Both the position numbers and the translations under genes were made by a program. DNA of 57,685 bases, counting the filler, from Nemertoderma westbladi (taxonomy: Eukaryota > Animalia > Xenacoelomorpha), in assembly GCA_032718475.1 (NCBI GenBank). It is 2 parts of 2 records of this genome, joined end to end, with 100 filler letters (N's around TTAATTAATTAA, not from the genome) between each part and the next. Parts side by side here need not be neighbours in the genome. Positions count along the whole stretch, not along the records: positions 27,356 to 57,685 come from JAUCBJ010004664.1; 1 more part is not named here. One strand, given 5' to 3'. This document shows, one piece after another, positions 35,290-49,200 of the stretch (positions are counted from its first letter, which is position 1; every line of letters begins with the position of its first letter). The notes under the pieces were generated by a model, which saw only the letters and a program-made list of their open reading frames with translations, was not told the origin of the DNA and made no database searches.

Positions 35290-36290
35290 TGGGGCGAGAC
35301 ACGTAGTCGGCGAGCCTTGGCATACGGTTCATATACAGTAGGGCAAATGGAGCATGTCCGTCTGTCTGTCTGTCCGTCTGTCTGGTATATCTTTGAACGG
35401 GAATTTCTCGGCATCGCTTATTCGAAATTGAACCAAACTTAGTAGGTAAGTAGAAGAGGGAAAGTTTAGAAAATTTGTAAAGTTTGGTGAAAAATCATGC
35501 AGTCTGACGTCAGCTACGACAGCTTATGTGGTTTTTAGAAAATGTTAAATTTCTCGGGAACGCCTCATTTTCCAGAGCTGAAATTTTGGTTGCTTGTAGA
35601 GAATCATAAAGTCTATCTTCTACGAAATTGAAAAGTTAAGACATTTAATTGGGGATCGGCTAGAGACTCCGAAGTAATGACATAGGCCTACCGGTACGGT
35701 ACGGCTGTACTGTACAAGTACGAAATTGCAGAATAAATTTGACACCACCTAGCGGATTAATATATAATTGTATATCGATCGTATACATTTTATAGGGTCC
35801 GAGCCACGTAGTTGGTGGAGCCTTTGCGAACTGACGCTATCTCTTAGGGGGGTAGGTAAATTATGGCAAATAGTTCATTCAATAATGGTACTGTATGTCA
35901 TCATTGTCGCTACGATTTTGACTTACTTATAACTTCGTCGGATTTAAAGCTTTCGAGTCTAAAATTAGTAGGCATCAATAAGACCATAAGTTTTGTTTTT
36001 TAGAGACTTCCAGACACCATCAAATCCTCAGTCTCTCGCTAGAGGGCTACATGTCTAGATATTAAATATCCTCACATTTTCTTTGCTTTAAACCCGTTCT
36101 AGCTGAAATTTGGCATATTTGTACTAGACCATTAACTGTGTCATTCAAAGGAGGCTCATCTGTCTTCAGTTCTCTAGTCTGCCGCTAGAGGGCAAAATAT
36201 CTCAAAGTGCAATCACTGAACTAGAACGTGAATGTGTTAGAACACGTCCGGTGTGTTTGCCGGGCTATGAATCAGTCCTACCAGTTCCAC
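35290..36290 (+). mobile_element. Intronic Helentron/HINE-like interspersed element
   Basis: (GTCY)n microsatellite at about 35356-35383, repeated CGAG.CACGTAGT.GG.GAGCC motif (35294, 35800), GCTAGAGGGC motifs, second copy at 18840-19262. Confidence 0.5.
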
Positions 36291-36970
36291 CACACCACTA
36301 TTAATTCCAGCAAGGTGTAATTCTATAGGACATGCAATAGTGTTAGGCCCTAGAGTAATAAGACAGCTTGCTTATTGTTTATAATGTAAGTTATAATATT
36401 TCTTAAAAATTGGGTCGCCTCCACGCCTAAAATATATTACTTTTAATACACAAATTTTCTGTTAATACCTGCCTGTGAACAATCCTCTGTGTACCTTTGG
36501 GTTGGGGTGCAGATTAAGGGGGGGGGGGGGGGGGGGGTTGAAAGCGAGCAACTTTCCCCTCTTATGATTTATTTGTGGTTTGGTTAATTTCTTAAATGGA
36601 GATTTTGGGTTGGACTTGGAATTGCTCTATTTTAATTTGTATCTCATAACTGAGCCTCGTGCTGCGCGAAGGCCCCACGAACGTGTACTTTACAGATGTA
36701 GTATTTTTTCAATTGATTGGATAGAAACAAACATTGATGGTTTAGTTATTATAGTTATTGTGATTTCATCATGTATTGGGAAATGTTACTATAATACGTA
36801 TTTACTCAGATAATTATTTCAAAATGTAAATTTGTTACAATTAGTATTCCACCCCCGGAACTCACACCATCCGGTTTATTATATATCCTCACATATTAAA
36901 TAGCGATTGGGATTACAGAGATACTTTGGTTTATCTTTTAATTATCTTTTGTTCGGGATGCAACCCCCAC

Positions 36971-37104
36971 CTGTAACACCTTGGTTTACCTTTCAGCTCT
37001 CCTTTCTGATGGATGGAGTCGCCTCAGTATCCCAGCTGTAACACCTTGGTTTACCTTTCAGCTCTCCTTTCTGATGGATGGAGTCGCCTCAGTATCCCAG
37101 CTGT
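36971..37104 (+). repeat. 65-bp tandem duplication spanning a 3' splice acceptor
   Basis: ctgtaacaccttggtttacctttcag|ctctcc...cccag twice (36971-37035, 37036-37100), with CTGT microhomology at the junctions. Confidence 0.95.
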
Positions 37105-37223
37105 TCAGGAATCAGCCTCATCTATCTGTGATTGTTTATGGACCGGATCCGGTTCTTCCAATGTTTACAGATCCTAATGAGTTGAGATTCTTCGGCAAAG
37201 ACGATATTTATTTAATCATACAA
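37062..37223 (+). CDS. Plexin/MET-RON-family receptor exon (IPT-IPT junction)
   Basis: TTTCAG|CTC..CAA|GTGGGT; 162 nt, phase 0-0; LSFLMDGV..VYGPDPVLPMF..DIYLIIQ resembles the F.(M/L)DG..Y..(D/N)P.F..LI(I)KG segment of plexins and MET. Confidence 0.82.
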
Positions 37224-40200
37224 GTGGGTAGACAAACATTGTGTGATCGTGGCGTTTATTTAATCATACAAGTGGGTAGGTAGACAAACATTGTGTGATC
37301 GTGGCGTTTATTTAATCATACAAGTGGGTAGGTAGACAAACATTGTGTGATCGTGGCGTTTATTTAATCATACAAGTGGGTAGGTAGACAAACATTGTGT
37401 GATCGTGGCGTTTATTTAATCATACAAGTGGGTAGGTAGACAAACATTGTGTGATCGTGGCGTTTATTTAATCATACAAGTGGGTAGACAAACATTGTGT
37501 GATCGTGGCGTTTATTTATTCATACAAGTGGGTAGGTAGACAAACATTGTGTGATCGTGGCGTTTATTTAATCATACAAGTGGGTAGGTAGACAAACATT
37601 GTGTGATCGTGGCGTTTATTTAATAATACAAGTGGGTAGGTAGACAAACATTGTGTGATCGTGGCGTTTATTTAATCATACAAGTTGGTAGACAAACATT
37701 GTGTGATCGTGGCGTTTATTTAATCATACAAGTGGGTAGGTAGACAAACATTGTGTGATCGTGGCGTTTATTTAATCATTCAAGTGGGTAGGTAGACAAA
37801 CATTGTGTGATCGTGGCGTTTATTTAATCATACAAGTGGGTAGGTAGACAAACATTGTGTGATCGTGGCGTTTATTTAATCATACAAGTAGGATAACAAA
37901 CATTGTGTGATCGTGGCGTTTATTTAATAATACAAGTGGGTAGACAAACATTGTGTGATCGTGGCGTTTATTTAATCATACAAGTGGGTAGGTAGACAAA
38001 CATTGTGTGATCGCGGCGTTTATTTAATCATACAAGTGGGTAGGTAGACAAACATTGTGTGATCGTGGCGTTTATTTAATCATACAAGTGGGTAGGTAGA
38101 TAAACATTGTGTGATCGTGGCGTTTATTTAATCATACAAGTGGGATAACAAACATTGTGTGATCGTGGCGTTTATTTAATCATACAAGTGGGTAGGTAGA
38201 CAAACATTGTGTGATCGTGGCGTTTATTTAATCATACAAGTGGGTAGACAAACATTGTGTGATCGTGGCGTTTATTTAATCATACAACATTGTGTGATCG
38301 TGGCGTTTATTTAATCATACAAGTGGGTAGGTAGACAAACATTGTGTGATCGTGGCGTTTATTTAATCATACAAGTGGGTAGACAAACATTGTGTGATCG
38401 TGGCGTTTATTTAATCATACAAGTGGGTAGGTAGACAAACATTGTGTGATCGTGGCGTTTATTTAATCATACAAGTGGGTAGGTAGACAAACATTGTGTG
38501 ATCGTGGCGTTTATTTAATCATACAAGTGGGTAGACAAACATTGTGTGATCGTGGCGTTTATTTAATCATACAAGTGGGTAGGTAGACAAACATTGTGTG
38601 ATCGTGGCGTTTATTTAATCATACAAGTGGGTAGGTAGACAAACATTGTGTGATCGTGGCGTTTATTTAATCATACAAGTGGGTAGACAAACATTGTGTG
38701 ATCGTGGCGTTTATTTAATCATACAAGTGGGTAGGTAGACAAACATTGTGTGATCGTGGCGTTTATTTAATCATACAAGTGGGTAGACAAACATTGTGTG
38801 ATCGTGGCGTTTATTTAATCATACAAGTGGGATAACAAACATTGTGTGATCGTGGCGTTTATTTAATCATACAAGTGGGTAGGTAGACAAACATTGTGTG
38901 ATGGTGGCGTTTATTTAATCATACAAGTGGGTAGGTAGACAAACATTGTGTGATGGTGGCGTTTATTTAATCATACAAGTGGGTAGGTAGACAAACATTG
39001 TGTGATCGTGGCGTTTATTTAATCATTCAAGTGGGTAGGTAGACAAACATTGTGTGATCGTGGCGTTTATTTAATCATACAAGTGGGTAGGTAGACAAAC
39101 ATTGTGTGATCGTGGCGTTTATTTAATCATACAAGTAGGATAACAAACATTGTGTGATCGTGGCGTTTATTTAATAATACAAGTGGGTAGACAAACATTG
39201 TGTGATCGTGGCGTTTATTTAATCATACAAGTGGGTAGGTAGACAAACATTGTGTGATCGTGGCGTTTATTTAATCATTCAAGTGGGTAGGTAGACAAAC
39301 ATTGTGTGATCGTGGCGTTTATTTAATCATACAAGTGGGTAGGTAGACAAACATTGTGTGATCGTGGCGTTTATTTAATCATACAAGTGGGTAGGTAGAC
39401 AAACATTGTGTGATCGTGGCGTTTATTTAATCATACAAATGGGTAGACAAACATTGTGTGATCGTGGCGTTTATTTAATCATACAAGTGGGTAGGTAGAC
39501 AAACATTGTGTGATCGTGGCGTTTATTTAATCATACAAGTAGGATAACAAACATTGTGTGATCGTGGCGTTTATTTAATCATACAAGTGGGTAGGTAGAC
39601 AAACATTGTGTGATCGTGGCGTTTATTTAATCATACAAGTAGGATAACAAACATTGTGTGATCGTGGCGTTTATTTAATCATACAAGTGGGTAGGTAGAC
39701 AAACATTGTGTGATCGTGGCGTTTATTTAATCATACAAGTGGGTAGGTAGACAAACATTGTGTGATCGTGGCGTTTATTTAATCATACAAGTGGGTAGAC
39801 AAACATTGTGTGATCGTGGCGTTTATTTAATCATACAAGTGGGTAGGTAGACAAACATTGTGTGATCGTGGCGAGTAGGTAGACAAACATTGTGTGATCG
39901 TGGCGTTTATTTAATCATACAAGTGGGTAGGTAGACAAACATTGTGTGATCGTGGCGTTTATTTAATCATACAAGTGGGTAGGTAGACAAACATTGTGTG
40001 ATCGCGGCGTTTATTTAATCATACAAGTGGGTAGGTAGACAAACATTGTGTGATGGTGGCGTTTATTTAATCATACAAGTGGGTAGGTAGACAAACATTG
40101 TGTGATCGTGGCGTTTATTTAATCATACAAGTGGGTAGGTAGACAAACATTGTGTGATCGCGGCGTTTATTTAATCATACAAGTGGGTAGGTAGACAAAC

Positions 40201-43200
40201 ATTGTGTGATCGTGGCGTTTATTTAATCATACAAGTGGGTAGGTAGATAAACATTGTGTGATCGTGGCGTTTATTTAATCATACAAGTGGGATAACAAAC
40301 ATTGTGTGATCGTGGCGTTTATTTAATCATACAAGTGGGTAGGTAGACAAACATTGTGTGATCGTGGCGTTTATTTAATCATACAAGTGGGTAGACAAAC
40401 ATTGTGTGATCGTGGCGTTTATTTAATCATACAAGTGGGTAGGTAGACAAACATTGTGTGATCGTGGCGTTTATTTAATCATACAAGTGGGTAGACAAAC
40501 ATTGTGTGATCGTGGCGTTTATTTAATCATACAACATTGTGTGATCGTGGCGTTTATTTAATCATACAAGTGGGTAGGTAGACAAACATTGTGTGATCGT
40601 GGCGTTTATTTAATCATACAAGTGGGTAGACAAACATTGTGTGATCGTGGCGTTTATTTAATCATACAAGTGGGTAGGTAGACAAACATTGTGTGATCGT
40701 GGCGTTTATTTAATCATACAAGTGGGTAGGTAGACAAACATTGTGTGATCGTGGCGTTTATTTAATCATACAAGTGGGTAGACAAACATTGTGTGATCGT
40801 GGCGTTTATTTAATCATACAAGTGGGTAGGTAGACAAACATTGTGTGATCGTGGCGTTTATTTAATCATACAAGTGGGTAGGTAGACAAACATTGTGTGA
40901 TCGTGGCGTTTATTTAATCATACAAGTGGGTAGACAAACATTGTGTGATCGTGGCGTTTATTTAATCATACAAGTGGGTAGGTAGACAAACATTGTGTGA
41001 TCGTGGCGTTTATTTAATCATACAAGTGGGTAGACAAACATTGTGTGATCGTGGCGTTTATTTAATCATACAAGTGGGATAACAAACATTGTGTGATCGT
41101 GGCGTTTATTTAATCATACAAGTGGGTAGGTAGACAAACATTGTGTGATGGTGGCGTTTATTTAATCATACAAGTGGGTAGGTAGACAAACATTGTGTGA
41201 TGGTGGCGTTTATTTAATCATACAAGTGGGTAGGTAGACAAACATTGTGTGATCGTGGCGTTTATTTAATCATTCAAGTGGGTAGGTAGACAAACATTGT
41301 GTGATCGTGGCGTTTATTTAATCATACAAGTGGGTAGGTAGACAAACATTGTGTGATCGTGGCGTTTATTTAATCATACAAGTAGGATAACAAACATTGT
41401 GTGATCGTGGCGTTTATTTAATAATACAAGTGGGTAGACAAACATTGTGTGATCGTGGCGTTTATTTAATCATACAAGTGGGTAGGTAGACAAACATTGT
41501 GTGATCGTGGCGTTTATTTAATCATTCAAGTGGGTAGGTAGACAAACATTGTGTGATCGTGGCGTTTATTTAATCATACAAGTGGGTAGGTAGACAAACA
41601 TTGTGTGATCGCGGCGTTTATTTAATCATACAAGTGGGTAGGTAGACAAACATTGTGTGATCGTGGCGTTTATTTAATCATACAAATGGGTAGACAAACA
41701 TTGTGTGATCGTGGCGTTTATTTAATCATACAAGTGGGTAGGTAGACAAACATTGTGTGATCGTGGCGTTTATTTAATCATACAAGTAGGATAACAAACA
41801 TTGTGTGATCGTGGCGTTTATTTAATCATACAAGTGGGTAGGTAGACAAACATTGTGTGATCGTGGCGTTTATTTAATCATACAAGTAGGATAACAAACA
41901 TTGTGTGATCGTGGCGTTTATTTAATCATACAAGTGGGTAGGTAGACAAACATTGTGTGATCGTGGCGTTTATTTAATCATACAAGTGGGTAGGTAGACA
42001 AACATTGTGTGATCGTGGCGTTTATTTAATCATACAAGTGGGTAGACAAACATTGTGTGATCGTGGCGTTTATTTAATCATACAAGTGGGTAGGTAGACA
42101 AACATTGTGTGATCGTGGCGAGTAGGTAGACAAACATTGTGTGATCGTGGCGTTTATTTAATCATACAAGTGGGTAGGTAGACAAACATTGTGTGATCGT
42201 GGCGTTTATTTAATCATACAAGTGGGTAGGTAGACAAACATTGTGTGATCGCGGCGTTTATTTAATCATACAAGTGGGTAGGTAGACAAACATTGTGTGA
42301 TGGTGGCGTTTATTTAATCATACAAGTGGGTAGGTAGACAAACATTGTGTGATCGTGGCGTTTATTTAATCATACAAGTGGGTAGGTAGACAAACATTGT
42401 GTGATCGCGGCGTTTATTTAATCATACAAGTGGGTAGGTAGACAAACATTGTGTGATCGTGGCGTTTATTTAATCATACAAGTGGGTAGGTAGATAAACA
42501 TTGTGTGATCGTGGCGTTTATTTAATCATACAAGTGGGATAACAAACATTGTGTGATCGTGGCGTTTATTTAATCATACAAGTGGGTAGGTAGACAAACA
42601 TTGTGTGATCGTGGCGTTTATTTAATCATACAAGTGGGTAGACAAACATTGTGTGATCGTGGCGTTTATTTAATCATACAAGTGGGTAGACAAACATTGT
42701 GTGATCGTGGCGTTTATTTAATCATACAAGTGGGTAGGTAGACAAACATTGTGTGATCGTGGCGTTTATTTAATCATACAAGTGGGTAGACAAACATTGT
42801 GTGATCGTGGCGTTTATTTAATCATACAAGTGGGATAACAAACATTGTGTGATCGTGGCGTTTATTTAATCATACAAGTGGGTAGGTAGACAAACATTGT
42901 GTGATGGTGGCGTTTATTTAATCATACAAGTGGGTAGGTAGACAAACATTGTGTGATGGTGGCGTTTATTTAATCATACAAGTGGGTAGGTAGACAAACA
43001 TTGTGTGATGGTGGCGTTTATTTAATCATACAAGTGGGTAGGTAGACAAACATTGTGTGATGGTGGCGTTTATTTAATCATACAAGTGGGTAGGTAGACA
43101 AACATTGTGTGATCGTGGCGTTTATTTAATCATACAAGTGGGTAGGTAGACAAACATTGTGTGATCGTGGCGTTTATTTAATCATACAAGTGGGATAACA

Positions 43201-46200
43201 AACATTGTGTGATCGTGGTGTTTATTTAATCATACAAGTGGGTAGGTAGACAAACATTGTGTGATCGTGGCGTTTATTTAATCATACAAGTGGGTAGGTA
43301 GACAAACATTGTGTGATCGTGGCGTTTATTTAATCATACAAGTGGGTAGGTAGACAAACATTGTGTGATCGTGGCGTTTATTTAATCATACAAGTAGGTA
43401 GACAAACATTGTGTGATCGTGGCGTTTATTTAATCATACAAGTGGGATAACAAACATTGTGTGATCGTGGTGTTTATTTAATCATACAAGTGGGTAGGTA
43501 GACAAACATTGTGTGATCGTGGCGTTTATTTAATCATACAAGTGGGTAGGTAGACAAACATTGTGTGATCGTGGCGTTTATTTAATCATACAAGTGGGTA
43601 GGTAGACAAACATTGTGTGATCGTGGCGTTTATTTAATCATACAAGTGGGATAACAAACATTGTGTGATCGTGGTGTTTATTTAATCATACAAGTGGGTA
43701 GGTAGACAAACATTGTGTGATCGTGGCGTTTATTTAATCATACAAGTGGGTAGGTAGACAAACATTGTGTGATCGTGGCGTTTATTTAATCATACAAGTG
43801 GGTAGGTAGACAAACATTGTGTGATCGTGGTGTTTATTTAATCATACAAGTGGGTAGACAAACATTGTGTGATCGTGGCGTTTATTTAATCATACAAGTG
43901 GGTAGGTAGACAAACATTGTGTGATCGTGGCGTTTATTTAATCATACAAGTGGGTAGGTAGACAAACATTGTGTGATCGTGGTGTTTATTTAATCATACA
44001 AGTGGGTAGGTAGACAAACATTGTGTGATGGATCGTGGCGTTTATTTAATCATACAAGTGGGTAGGTAGACAAACATTGTGTGATCGTGGCGTTTATTTA
44101 ATCATACAAGTGGGTAGGTAGACAAACATTGTGTGATCGTGGCGTTTATTTAATCATACAAGTGGGTAGGTAGGCAAACATTGTGTGATCGTGGCGTTTA
44201 TTTAATCATACAAGTGGGTAGGTAGACAAACATTGTGTGATCGTGGCGTTTATTTAATCATACAAGTGGGTAGGTAGACAAACATTGTGTGATCGTGGCG
44301 ATTATTTAATCATACAAGTGGGTAGGTAGACAAACATTGTGTGATCGTGGCGTTTATTTAATCATACAAGTGGGTAGACAAACATTGTGTGATCGTGGCG
44401 TTTATTTAATCATACAAGTGGGTAGGTAGACAAACATTGTGTGATCGTGGCGTTTATTTAATCATACAAGTGGGTAGGTAGACAAACATTGTGTGATCGT
44501 GGCGTTTATTTAATCATACAAGTAGGTAGGTAGACAAACATTGTGTGATCGTGGCGTTTATTTAATCATACAAGTGGGTAGGTAGATAAACATTGTGTGA
44601 TCGTGGCGTTTATTTAATCATACAAGTGGGATAACAAACATTGTGTGATCGTGGCGTTTATTTAATCATACAAGTGGGTAGGTAGACAAACATTGTGTGA
44701 TCGTGGCGTTTATTTAATCATACAAGTGGGTAGACAAACATTGTGTGATCGTGGCGTTTATTTAATCATACAAGTGGGTAGGTAGACAAACATTGTGTGA
44801 TCGTGGCGTTTATTTAATCATACAAGTGGGTAGACAAACATTGTGTGATCGTGGTGTTTATTTAATCATAAGTGGGATAACAAACATTGTGTGATCGTGG
44901 CGTTTATTTAATCATACAAGTGGGTAGGTAGACAAACATTGTGTGATCGTGGTGTTTATTTAATCATAAGTGGGATAACAAACATTGTGTGATCGTGGCT
45001 TTTATTTAATCATACAAGTGGGTAGGTAGACAAACATTGTGTGATCGTGGCGTTTATTTAATCATACAAGTGGGTAGACAAACATTGTGTGATCGTGGCT
45101 TTTATTTAATCATACAAGTGGGTAGGTAGACAAACATTGTGTGATCGTGGCGTTTATTTAATCATACAAGTGGGTAGACAAACATTGTGTGATCGTGGCG
45201 TTTATTTAATCATACAAGTGGGTAGGTAGACAAACATTGTGTGATCGTGGCGTTTATTTAATCATACAAGTGGGTAGACAAACATTGTGTGATCGTGGCG
45301 TTTATTTAATCATACAAGTGGGATAACAAACATTGTGTGATCGTGGCGTTTATTTAATCATACAAGTGGGATAACAAACATTGTGTGATCGTGGCGTTTA
45401 TTTAATCATACAAGTGGGTAGGTAGACAAACATTGTGTGATCGTGGCGTTTATTTAATCATAAGTGGGATAACAAACATTGTGTGATCGTGGCTTTTATT
45501 TAATCATACAAGTGGGTAGGTAGACAAACATTGTGTGATCGTGGCGTTTATTTAATCATAAGTGGGATAACAAACATTGTGTGATCGTGGCGTTTATTTA
45601 ATCATACAAGTGGGTAGACAAACATTGTGTGATCGTGGCGTTTATTTAATCATACAAGTGGGTAGGTAGACAAACATTGTATGATCGTGGCGTTTATTTA
45701 ATCATACAAGTGGGTAGGTAGACAAACATTGTGTGATCGTGGCGTTTATTTAATCATACAAGTGGGTAGACAAACATTGTGTGATCGTGGCGTTTATTTA
45801 ATCATACAAGTGGGTAGGTAGACAAACATTGTATGATCGTGGCGTTTATTTAATCATACAAGTGGGTAGACAAACATTGTGTGATCGTGGCGTTTATTTA
45901 ATCATAAGTGGGATAACAAACATTGTGTGATCGTGGCTTTTATTTAATCATACAAGTGGGTAGGTAGACAAACATTGTGTGATCGTGGCTTTTATTTAAT
46001 CATACAAGTGGGTAGGTAGACAAACATTGTGTGATCGTGGCGTTTATTTAATCATACAAGTGGGTAGACAAACATTGTGTGATCGTGGCGTTTATTTAAT
46101 CATACAAGTGGGTAGGTAGACAAACATTGTGTGATCGTGGCGTTTATTTAATCATACAAGTGGGTAGACAAACATTGTGTGATCGTGGCGTTTATTTAAT

Positions 46201-49200
46201 CATACAAGTGGGATAACAAACATTGTGTGATCGTGGCGTTTATTTAATCATACAAGTGGGATAACAAACATTGTGTGATCGTGGTGTTTATTTAATCATA
46301 AGTGGGATAACAAACATTGTGTGATCGTGGCGTTTATTTAATCATACAAGTGGGTAGGTAGACAAACATTGTGTGATCGTGGCGTTTATTTAATCATACA
46401 AGTGGGTAGGTAGACAAACATTGTGTGATCGTGGCGTTTATTTAATAATACAAGTGGGTAGGTAGACAAACATTGTGTGATCGTGGCGTTTATTTAATCA
46501 TACAAGTGGGTAGGTAGACAAACATTGTGTGATCGTGGCGTTTATTTAATCATACAAGTTGGTAGACAAACATTGTGTGATCGTGGCGTTTATTTAATCA
46601 TACAAGTGGGTAGGTAGACAAACATTGTGTGATCGTGGCGTTTATTTAATCATACAAGTGGGTAGACAAACATTGTGTGATCGTGGCGTTTATTTAATCA
46701 TACAAGTGGGTAGACAAACATTGTGTGATCGTGGCGTTTATTTATTCATACAAGTGGGTAGGTAGACAAACATTGTGTGATCGTGGCGTTTATTTAATCA
46801 TACAAGTGGGTAGGTAGACAAACATTGTGTGATCGTGGCGTTTATTTAATAATACAAGTGGGTAGGTAGACAAACATTGTGTGATCGTGGCGTTTATTTA
46901 ATCATACAAGTTGGTAGACAAACATTGTGTGATCGTGGCGTTTATTTAATCATACAAGTGGGTAGGTAGACAAACATTGTGTGATCGTGGCGTTTATTTA
47001 ATCATTCAAGTGGGTAGGTAGACAAACATTGTGTGATCGTGGCGTTTATTTAATCATACAAGTGGGTAGGTAGACAAACATTGTGTGATCGTGGCGTTTA
47101 TTTAATCATACAAGTAGGATAACAAACATTGTGTGATCGTGGCGTTTATTTAATAATACAAGTGGGTAGACAAACATTGTGTGATCGTGGCGTTTATTTA
47201 ATCATACAAGTGGGTAGGTAGACAAACATTGTGTGATCGCGGCGTTTATTTAATCATACAAGTGGGTAGGTAGACAAACATTGTGTGATCGTGGCGTTTA
47301 TTTAATCATACAAGTGGGTAGGTAGATAAACATTGTGTGATCGTGGCGTTTATTTAATCATACAAGTGGGATAACAAACATTGTGTGATCGTGGCGTTTA
47401 TTTAATCATACAAGTGGGTAGGTAGACAAACATTGTGTGATCGTGGCGTTTATTTAATCATACAAGTGGGTAGACAAACATTGTGTGATCGTGGCGTTTA
47501 TTTAATCATACAAGTGGGTAGGTAGACAAACATTGTGTGATCGTGGCGTTTATTTAATCATACAAGTGGGTAGACAAACATTGTGTGATCGTGGCGTTTA
47601 TTTAATCATACAAGTGGGTAGGTAGACAAACATTGTGTGATCGTGGCGTTTATTTAATCATACAAGTGGGTAGACAAACATTGTGTGATCGTGGCGTTTA
47701 TTTAATCATACAAGTGGGATAACAAACATTGTGTGATCGTGGCGTTTATTTAATCATACAAGTGGGTAGGTAGACAAACATTGTGTGATGGTGGCGTTTA
47801 TTTAATCATACAAGTGGGTAGGTAGACAAACATTGTGTGATGGTGGCGTTTATTTAATCATACAAGTGGGTAGGTAGACAAACATTGTGTGATCGTGGCG
47901 TTTATTTAATCATTCAAGTGGGTAGGTAGACAAACATTGTGTGATCGTGGCGTTTATTTAATCATACAAGTGGGTAGGTAGACAAACATTGTGTGATCGT
48001 GGCGTTTATTTAATCATACAAGTAGGATAACAAACATTGTGTGATCGTGGCGTTTATTTAATAATACAAGTGGGTAGACAAACATTGTGTGATCGTGGCG
48101 TTTATTTAATCATACAAGTGGGTAGGTAGACAAACATTGTGTGATCGTGGCGTTTATTTAATCATTCAAGTGGGTAGGTAGACAAACATTGTGTGATCGT
48201 GGCGTTTATTTAATCATACAAGTGGGTAGGTAGACAAACATTGTGTGATCGTGGCGTTTATTTAATCATACAAGTGGGTAGGTAGACAAACATTGTGTGA
48301 TCGTGGCGTTTATTTAATCATACAAATGGGTAGACAAACATTGTGTGATCGTGGCGTTTATTTAATCATACAAGTGGGTAGGTAGACAAACATTGTGTGA
48401 TCGTGGCGTTTATTTAATCATACAAGTAGGATAACAAACATTGTGTGATCGTGGCGTTTATTTAATCATACAAGTGGGTAGGTAGACAAACATTGTGTGA
48501 TCGTGGCGTTTATTTAATCATACAAGTAGGATAACAAACATTGTGTGATCGTGGCGTTTATTTAATCATACAAGTGGGTAGGTAGACAAACATTGTGTGA
48601 TCGTGGTGTTTATTTAATCATACAAGTGGGTAGGTAGACAAACATTGTGTGATCGTGGCGTTTATTTAATCATACAAGTGGGTAGACAAACATTGTGTGA
48701 TCGTGGCGTTTATTTAATCATACAAGTGGGTAGGTAGACAAACATTGTGTGATCGTGGCGAGTAGGTAGACAAACATTGTGTGATCGTGGCGTTTATTTA
48801 ATCATACAAGTGGGTAGGTAGACAAACATTGTGTGATCGTGGCGTTTATTTAATCATACAAGTGGGTAGGTAGACAAACATTGTGTGATCGCGGCGTTTA
48901 TTTAATCATACAAGTGGGTAGGTAGACAAACATTGTGTGATGGTGGCGTTTATTTAATCATACAAGTGGGTAGGTAGACAAACATTGTGTGATCGTGGCG
49001 TTTATTTAATCATACAAGTGGGTAGGTAGACAAACATTGTGTGATCGCGGCGTTTATTTAATCATACAAGTGGGTAGGTAGACAAACATTGTGTGATCGT
49101 GGCGTTTATTTAATCATACAAGTGGGTAGGTAGATAAACATTGTGTGATCGTGGCGTTTATTTAATCATACAAGTGGGATAACAAACATTGTGTGATCGT

